DNA from: a virus
DNA length: 64,000 bases
Direction: 5' to 3' (one strand)
Virus genome (UHGV): UHGV-1351772
Position numbers and translations under genes: made by a program. Shown here one piece after another: positions 57,591 to 64,000 of the stretch (position 1 is its first letter; every line of letters begins with the position of its first letter). The notes below the pieces were generated by a model that worked only from the letters and a program-made list of their open reading frames with translations, searched no databases and was not told the origin of the DNA.

Positions 57591-59051
57591 TTAAAGTTTA
57601 TCGACAAATACTGAGCCTGCGATCCAGTTCAGTACATAGTCAATCATCCAACTGGTTGCGGCTTCTGCCGGGTCGGTGTTCTCAATCATCGCGGTATGAA
57701 TCGTACGCATCAGCGGATCAATTTCGTAGGCGCAGAATACGGAGTTACATGCAGTCCGGATGATAAACAACGTAATGTCTTCGTCTGCGTTGACAAAGAA
57801 ATCATCACAAATACCCATAACAACCTGCTTGACTTCTTCGCGAGTACGCGTCAGTTCGCCAACAGTCAGGTAGCCCTGGTCGAGTTGGTCGATTGCAATC
57901 GAGAACGCTGTTTTCAGCGCCTGACGGTTACGACTTACCCAGTCGAGTTCATTTCGTTTCTGAACGATAATCGCACGACGATTGTAAGCTTCAACGTAGG
58001 CTTTCTGGTTTTCCAGCAGAGATGCGACACGTGCGGAAACGTTATAGTCACCTTCGTCCATCAGGTAAATGGCACCCAACAGGGCTTCAACGATGCCGCC
58101 TTTTTCCAGGTAGTCGTCCATCGTTTCCTGACAGATATAGACGTTTTTCTCGTTGGTATCGTAAGAGTAAACGATGTTACCTGTGGCGACACGGTTAGCC
58201 ACCGCTTTTTCGAAACCGTATACCCAACCGATAGATGTGTAATACGCACGACCCATTTCCGCTTTCCATTTCAGGGCGTCAACACCTGAGTCAGGCCATG
58301 GACGTTCAATGAAGAACGAAGACAACAGCAGTACCAGAACACGTTCTTTTACCATCTCCGGCGCTTTATCTGCAACAGGTACGGTGTAGTTACCTGCCAG
58401 CAGCAGTTTTGCTGCATCGTACATGCTGAGGTTCAGGTCGTTCAGTAATTTACGTACCAGTTCATCGTACGCTTTTACACCTGTTTCCGGAATCTCGATG
58501 TCGGTCGGTACATCGAACTTGATTGGGTCGTAAGTTGTGCCATTACCCATCGGGTTGGCGATTTCTTGAATCAGCGCCTGGACAACCGGGGAATCTACAC
58601 ACGGATCGATACCTACCGGAATCAGGTTCCAGTCTTCGACCAACGGTTTGACATCTTCAATCGTGTTATTCTGGATAACCAGCTGCACAAACGGTTGAAC
58701 AACGTTACGGGCAAAGTCCAGCATCCCGTTGCAACGCTGAATGGCCATGTTTTTCAGTTCGAATAGCGTGGTTTCATGATCGTCAACACGCAGCGCTTCA
58801 ACTTCAACAGCACCGTCACGAATAATCGAAGCTTCCGCTGTACCGTCTACTGGACGTTTAAGCTGCGTAATCGCGGGCAGTTCCTGGAAGAACTGTTCGT
58901 CGGTGATTGTGGTATCGAAAACGCGGGTAGGGTCGACCGCACGGTTGAGCAAATCAACCGGAGAGTCAACGTCTGTGCCAAGCTGAACATTATGCTGTTT
59001 GCACAGTTTCATGGCGTTAGTAACCGCATTCAGCGAGTATAAACTGATCAT
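57591..59051 (-). CDS. hypothetical protein (486 aa)
   Basis: Minus-strand ORF. Confidence 0.5.
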   Translation of the reverse strand: MISLYSLNAVTNAMKLCKQHNVQLGTDVDSPVDLLNRAVDPTRVFDTTITDEQFFQELPAITQLKRPVDGTAEASIIRDGAVEVEALRVDDHETTLFELKNMAIQRCNGMLDFARNVVQPFVQLVIQNNTIEDVKPLVEDWNLIPVGIDPCVDSPVVQALIQEIANPMGNGTTYDPIKFDVPTDIEIPETGVKAYDELVRKLLNDLNLSMYDAAKLLLAGNYTVPVADKAPEMVKERVLVLLLSSFFIERPWPDSGVDALKWKAEMGRAYYTSIGWVYGFEKAVANRVATGNIVYSYDTNEKNVYICQETMDDYLEKGGIVEALLGAIYLMDEGDYNVSARVASLLENQKAYVEAYNRRAIIVQKRNELDWVSRNRQALKTAFSIAIDQLDQGYLTVGELTRTREEVKQVVMGICDDFFVNADEDITLFIIRTACNSVFCAYEIDPLMRTIHTAMIENTDPAEAATSWMIDYVLNWIAGSVFVDKL

Positions 59052-59341
59052 TGTTTAACCTCTTTATTCGTGCTGATGTTCGCCTGAAGCATCGCGTACA
59101 AACGCGCGCCCACCAGATCTGCGATATCACGTTTCAGCAGTTTCTGATCACCGATACGGTCAGACATTCCTGAGTTACCGCGAATCAGACCATGCACAAT
59201 CTCCGTTGCTAATTCGACAGTATTACCTAAAGACACGTAGTTGGTACGTTGAATGGGACTGTATCCCTCCACGTTTTGCTGGGTAATATTTTTCCCAGTC
59301 GGAATACCGTGTCGCTGTTTGATTTTATCTAGAATAGACAT
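59048..59341 (-). CDS. hypothetical protein (97 aa)
   Basis: Minus-strand ORF with ATGA overlap to the upstream gene. Confidence 0.45.
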   Translation of the reverse strand: MSILDKIKQRHGIPTGKNITQQNVEGYSPIQRTNYVSLGNTVELATEIVHGLIRGNSGMSDRIGDQKLLKRDIADLVGARLYAMLQANISTNKEVKQ

Positions 59342-59388
59342 TCTCTTCTCCGGAGTTTACAAGGGTGGGAGCGACCCACCCCTCGAGA

Positions 59389-62300
59389 TTATTTAAGTGT
59401 CGCGGGTAAATCAGGCACAGCCTCCCCATCGAGTATACGCCCGATGAGAATCCCGGCTTGTTCACCTACAGCATTCGCGGTACCGATACGTTGGATTGAA
59501 CCTACGATACGCGCATCGACGGAATCACGACCGAACAACACGTCCAGGTCATCACCATCCTCTGTTTTGTTGTCGCCGTACATGACTTCTTGTACGGTGG
59601 TTTTTAGCTGGTTAGCAATAACCATCTTATCCGCAGCGGCCATCTCAACGTCGTGTGTAATAAAGAATCGAACACAAAGTGAGTTAAAGGCCAAGGGTAC
59701 ACCTTCAACACGGTAGTCGCCGTTTACACTGCCTGAAACCGGATCACCGCGTCCGACTGCCAGTGCGGCCTTACGACGAATTCTGTCGTATTTACGCACC
59801 AGTTCAGCAAGACTTGGTGTCATGTCTTCGGTTTCACCGTGATACACCACTTCGATTTTATCCACGATACCACGTACCCCTGCACGAGGTGCGTACGAAC
59901 TTAAACTTTGCAACGTTGCGGCTGCTTCCTGACTAAAGGCACTCATATCGCCTGTCAAGTCGTCAGTAAACGTGCATAGGATTGTGTCGACGTCTACGTG
60001 GTCGCCCTCATTCACGATTTCCAAAAGCATTTGGTTGCTGTTAATCGTTACTTCTTTCAGCTTTGTTACCTGCCCCACCATTTTCTTCGCGAACCGTTCA
60101 GAAATTGCGTTGGAGTCTTCGATAACTTCTTCAGCTTCTAATAAAGCAACGGTAGCCAGCACCCCGTTTTTCCAGGAAACCTGAGTAGGATCGTAAATAT
60201 CAGGTTCAAAGTGTTGCTCGTTATACGTAATCACTGCTCCGGCCGGGAGCTTGTCACCGGCTTTCCAGCGTGTTACCAAGGTGTGCGGATAGAAGGTACC
60301 TTCGTGGGGGCCGAACCAGCGCCCTAGAGGAAAGGCTTCTTTACTTCCATCTTCGTACGTAATTTCAATGTGGTCTTTCGACAGACCAGTAATCTTACCT
60401 GCTTTATCAATAACGCGTGCATGTTTCACCGACGTACGGTGTGCGACGAATTTCTCCTGTTCAGTACGGTACGGGGTTGTGGTTGCCCCATTACAACTGG
60501 TGGCAGAACCTAACTGAATCCCAACGAAGTTTTGACGCTTTGCGTCGTCCATTAACGTATCGGGTACTAACCCGTCAATAAACGAAAGGGTATCGCTTGG
60601 TTTCGGGGTTTTCTCTTCACGTTTAAACGTAGTACCGTCAACGGTGTCAAAACGTGGGTTATTGGTGACGAAAGCAGTAATACCTACGTCGCCGTTATCT
60701 ACGGTGTTACCCGAGACTATCCCGATATCGCTGGGTTGGAACTCACGTGTGTGGTAGACCATCGTTTTACGATTACGACCACCTGTACCCCCCATCGTAA
60801 TAACGTCTTTTTCTTTAATTGACTGGATAGGGTTAGCACCTGGTGCCAAAAGTACCGACGGGTCGGAGTTAATTGCACCCCAAACCATGTCTTGCGTCAG
60901 TTCGAACTTACGGTTACTGCCCGGTGCGTTATTGTAGTTACGCATCGCTCTGACCATCGCGGTATAGATGTGGTAGGCAATCCTCTGATTTCCTAAGAAC
61001 ATCATTTCATCGCCGTTAATCTCTGGTAAAGAGTGGTCAGTTTGTAACAGTTCGTTAGAACGTTCCAGCAAGCCAATAAAGGTTTCCGGCTCACCCATTT
61101 TCCTGAGGATACGTGCGTGCATGTCGTCAACAAACGCGGACCGCATCTGTTTCAGCTCGTTGATGTACCGTGGTGTTAGGCCATCTGCATCACGTAATAA
61201 GTTCAGGTAAATGTCTTCACGGTCTGCTTCTGATTCGGTATAAGCAACCAGGTGTTTGAGATAACGATCCAAACCATGCAGAATCATCTTCTGTTGATCG
61301 TTATCGCAAGTAACTAAAAGTTTACAGTCTTGTAGTCGAATAATGCTGTCGTAGGCATTCTTATCAACACGTTGCCCTGCGGGAACCAACTCGTATTGGA
61401 TACCGAAATGTTTCAACATTCCCTGGAGTCCAAGATAGAACGAGAAGATAAAACCAAGCGACAAAGATTTACCCATCAAAGACAGCTCGGTCATTTCGCG
61501 AGGCACTTTCTGGTTATTAAAGCCCAGTACCTCTGCGATAGTTCCCACCGGTTCAACTTTGTTTCCGTTCACACCGTAAAGCATGGATTTGTCATCCATT
61601 GCCAGGATTGTTTCACTACGCGGACGTTTCGCCACCGGCAAAAGTTTGGCAGCATCGGCGTCTCTGAGTTGCTCGTCGTTAAAGAAGTTAACGGCTTCTT
61701 TGTAGTCGAAGTTCCACATATAGCCGTTCGCATTAAAGCTGGCAATACGACGCGCAATCTCCGTATACTGACGCGGCAGATGTTGCGTAGGATCGAACAC
61801 ATTTGCTAAACGTGCGTCGGTGACTTCGGTGTTTGTCGGGTCAACGGCGCGTGTGATGATCGCATTGGTTAACCAACGACCGTAGTCGTTTGCGACCTTA
61901 TCACTACGACGGACAAAGTTTTTACCGTAAGCGGTAGTCAGTGCGACAGTATCCGGTGCAACCTTACGGATCGGTAAGTCCACACGTTGCCGACGCATGG
62001 TGTATTCGACACCATTAGCGACCCAGGTACCGTCTTCGGTCAAGCCTGGGATGGAGAAGCGAACGGTTGTTGGTTCACCACCGACTGGCTGAACACGTAA
62101 AGTGTGGTGCTCGATAGTCCCTGTAACAGAAACCTCTTTTTCCACCGTGTGGTTGTGAACTGCCAGACCCAAACGTTGTGAGCTGGCGACCGCCGCCAGT
62201 ACGTCCTTCGTCATCATGGTCTGGTTGTACTGTTTCACCATCTGGTCGGTGACGTTCTCTGCCCACCCTTCATCAGTAACAAGTCGCTGAACTTTTTTCG

Positions 62301-63555
62301 GTTCGGCTTTAACGACAATATCTTTCTCGTGAACAGTCAGTGCTTCCCCGTAGGTTTCTTTCGGGTTATACGGGTTAGGTAACTGAACGAAACGTTTAGA
62401 CGATTCTGACAGGAACTGATATGCTTTAGAACTTAAGCGGCCCGCTTCAGCTAAGCGTTGTGCTTCCTGTTTAATAATCTCGTCATGCGGAATGACTTTC
62501 TCGACGACGATAGTCGTCGGTTTGACGTCTTCCTTCGGTTCTTCAATAACAACGTCTTCTTTTTCATCGAAGGTGTTATCGGATTCGACCACAGCGTCAT
62601 TAACAACGTCGTCATCATCGACAACATCAACGGTTTCTTCTTCGACGTCTTTAAGGAAAACACGCTCGTCGCCTTCAGGCGTTAGGAATTCCGCTTCGTA
62701 CGCGTTAGACGGTGCTTGTGTCATTACACGCACCAGCGTACGGTAGAACATCCTGGCCATTTGGTCGTCACTTAAACGACCGCCGGATGACTTACGCATT
62801 TTCTCTACAACACCCATGTTCATGGACGTAAAGCCCGTGTTGTGGGTGAAGATAAAGTTCATTCGTGACAGCTGAGTTAAATCCATTCCCGCGAATAAGG
62901 AATCGGATTGTTTTCCATAAGCCCAAGCAAACAACTCCAATAACCACAGCAAGTTGAAGTCCTGGAACTTCTCAATCTTACTCTTAACGCGATCGTTATA
63001 GGTTGTTTGAAACTTCTGGAACGAAGGTAGAGTCGAACCTAGTTCAATAACGAAATAGTTCTGACGCATGTATTCTTGCGTGTCGTATTTGAACTGGTTA
63101 ATCATCAACAGTTGGATGTTACGCAGTCTATCGTACCAGGCTAACTGGGTATCAGGATAGTAATAGTGCGATAGCATCGGTGTGTAGTTCTCGACCAGGA
63201 GAACTTTTAAGTCTTTGCGAACCAGATCGTCTGAGGTAAGACGACGCATCGGTCGGTTTGCACGGTGGTAAGCAAAGATAGCACGTTCTTGCCCCTGAAC
63301 AGGTTTGTTGCGCGGATGACCGCTAATACCGTCTTCCGGTAATTTAAAGTGGTGACGAACCTGTGCAGGTTTTTCTAACGGTTGAATAATCTCGAGTGTT
63401 GCAGGTGGCGCTAACACCACCTGGTCGAGATCAATGACATGGAGTACAGAACCACGTGGTATCTGTAGCTTCTCGAGCGGGATAATCCTCGGATTACCAA
63501 ACTCGTCAGTTTTACGCACCGAGAAGCGTTGGTTAAACTGTTTAATGAGCAGCAT
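59389..63555 (-). CDS. large RNA polymerase beta-prime-like subunit, C-terminal part (set B), 1388 aa
   Basis: Starts 9 bp after the stop of the DYDGD-containing beta-prime fragment; contains ITMGGTGGRNRKTMVYHT, resembling the beta-prime block SIGEPGTQLTMRTFH; assignment partly by position. Confidence 0.45.
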   Translation of the reverse strand: MLLIKQFNQRFSVRKTDEFGNPRIIPLEKLQIPRGSVLHVIDLDQVVLAPPATLEIIQPLEKPAQVRHHFKLPEDGISGHPRNKPVQGQERAIFAYHRANRPMRRLTSDDLVRKDLKVLLVENYTPMLSHYYYPDTQLAWYDRLRNIQLLMINQFKYDTQEYMRQNYFVIELGSTLPSFQKFQTTYNDRVKSKIEKFQDFNLLWLLELFAWAYGKQSDSLFAGMDLTQLSRMNFIFTHNTGFTSMNMGVVEKMRKSSGGRLSDDQMARMFYRTLVRVMTQAPSNAYEAEFLTPEGDERVFLKDVEEETVDVVDDDDVVNDAVVESDNTFDEKEDVVIEEPKEDVKPTTIVVEKVIPHDEIIKQEAQRLAEAGRLSSKAYQFLSESSKRFVQLPNPYNPKETYGEALTVHEKDIVVKAEPKKVQRLVTDEGWAENVTDQMVKQYNQTMMTKDVLAAVASSQRLGLAVHNHTVEKEVSVTGTIEHHTLRVQPVGGEPTTVRFSIPGLTEDGTWVANGVEYTMRRQRVDLPIRKVAPDTVALTTAYGKNFVRRSDKVANDYGRWLTNAIITRAVDPTNTEVTDARLANVFDPTQHLPRQYTEIARRIASFNANGYMWNFDYKEAVNFFNDEQLRDADAAKLLPVAKRPRSETILAMDDKSMLYGVNGNKVEPVGTIAEVLGFNNQKVPREMTELSLMGKSLSLGFIFSFYLGLQGMLKHFGIQYELVPAGQRVDKNAYDSIIRLQDCKLLVTCDNDQQKMILHGLDRYLKHLVAYTESEADREDIYLNLLRDADGLTPRYINELKQMRSAFVDDMHARILRKMGEPETFIGLLERSNELLQTDHSLPEINGDEMMFLGNQRIAYHIYTAMVRAMRNYNNAPGSNRKFELTQDMVWGAINSDPSVLLAPGANPIQSIKEKDVITMGGTGGRNRKTMVYHTREFQPSDIGIVSGNTVDNGDVGITAFVTNNPRFDTVDGTTFKREEKTPKPSDTLSFIDGLVPDTLMDDAKRQNFVGIQLGSATSCNGATTTPYRTEQEKFVAHRTSVKHARVIDKAGKITGLSKDHIEITYEDGSKEAFPLGRWFGPHEGTFYPHTLVTRWKAGDKLPAGAVITYNEQHFEPDIYDPTQVSWKNGVLATVALLEAEEVIEDSNAISERFAKKMVGQVTKLKEVTINSNQMLLEIVNEGDHVDVDTILCTFTDDLTGDMSAFSQEAAATLQSLSSYAPRAGVRGIVDKIEVVYHGETEDMTPSLAELVRKYDRIRRKAALAVGRGDPVSGSVNGDYRVEGVPLAFNSLCVRFFITHDVEMAAADKMVIANQLKTTVQEVMYGDNKTEDGDDLDVLFGRDSVDARIVGSIQRIGTANAVGEQAGILIGRILDGEAVPDLPATLK

Positions 63556-63564
63556 TGCTTAGCC

Positions 63565-64000
63565 TTATGGGTTCTTTAATAACGCTTGCGTTGCACGTTT
63601 AATCACGTTGTTGATAGGATTGATTTTAAAGTTCCCATCAGAATCGAACCAGTAGTTTTTCGAGTGTATCCAGTTCCGGTTTTCCTCGAGCGCTTCCTGG
63701 GACATAGGCGCGTTAAACGACCCGGTATCGCCATCGTAGTCACCCCCTAAGCCACCTAGACGTGAAGGGTGTGGTGCCATCGACTCAACGAAGGTAGGAA
63801 CCGACCGGTCAGGGTAGCTGATAGCCCCTCGGGGTTTTTCAGTTTCCCAGTCATCTTCCAGTTCTTTTAAATATAAAGATGACGTGGTGGTCTCCAATCT
63901 TATGGTCGATGAATACGTCGAGCCTCGGCCTGTAACGGGATAACGTGTAACGAAACCGAAATAATCGTTCCAAAGTTCGTAGCCCGACAAATAAAGCAAT
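63565..64000 (-). CDS. RNA polymerase beta-prime subunit, N-terminal/catalytic fragment (set B), partial; continues beyond the window end
   Basis: GGDYDGDTGSFNAPMSQEALEENRNW...GNFKINPINNVI aligns with bacterial [26 protein letters not shown]...GEPIIVPSQDVV (Mg-binding Asp triad); the frame is open to the window edge. Confidence 0.6.
   Translation of the reverse strand, partial: LLYLSGYELWNDYFGFVTRYPVTGRGSTYSSTIRLETTTSSLYLKELEDDWETEKPRGAISYPDRSVPTFVESMAPHPSRLGGLGGDYDGDTGSFNAPMSQEALEENRNWIHSKNYWFDSDGNFKINPINNVIKRATQALLKNP

Noticed and set aside
57696-58289. 197-aa plus-strand ORF
   Set aside because: Antisense to the 486-aa minus-strand gene in a strictly minus-strand operon; no promoter or SD context.
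61372-61809. 145-aa plus-strand ORF
   Set aside because: Antisense within the 1388-aa RNAP-like gene; shadow-frame composition.

Overview
64-kb segment of a large tailed-phage genome, most consistent with a phiKZ-like nucleus-forming jumbo phage (chimallivirus type) on an enterobacterial-type host (E. coli-like codon preference; the single tRNA closely resembles enterobacterial tRNA-Trp). About 65 protein-coding genes, roughly 85% on the minus strand, tightly packed with frequent ATGA stop/start overlaps and separated by clear intrinsic terminators. Recognisable content: two separate sets of split multisubunit RNA polymerase genes (beta and beta-prime C-terminal genes at 5.7-10.1 kb; a beta-prime N-terminal gene at 19.8-21.8 kb that appears to be interrupted by an ORF-less group I intron just before the DFDGD catalytic motif; a second beta-prime split across two ORFs at 59.4-64 kb carrying DYDGD); a highly expressed 615-aa protein directly upstream of the beta-prime N gene (candidate chimallin shell protein, alternative major capsid protein); T4-type large terminase; candidate tail sheath and tube; SF2 DExH helicase; Mre11/SbcD-like nuclease; SSB-like protein; family-B-like DNA polymerase; HslV-like peptidase; HD and HAD nucleotide-metabolism enzymes. 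A 1.65-kb gene-free island (36.7-38.4 kb) has an almost pure A+T 160-bp core, alternating-CG palindromes, iteron-like repeats and 13 GATC sites, and is proposed as a replication origin. A conserved palindromic AT-rich motif (TAGATAATATCTA...) marks divergent promoter regions. All functional calls rest on motifs read by eye from the translations; no database search was run. The six-frame track uses alternative start codons, so several listed N-termini are probably over-extended.
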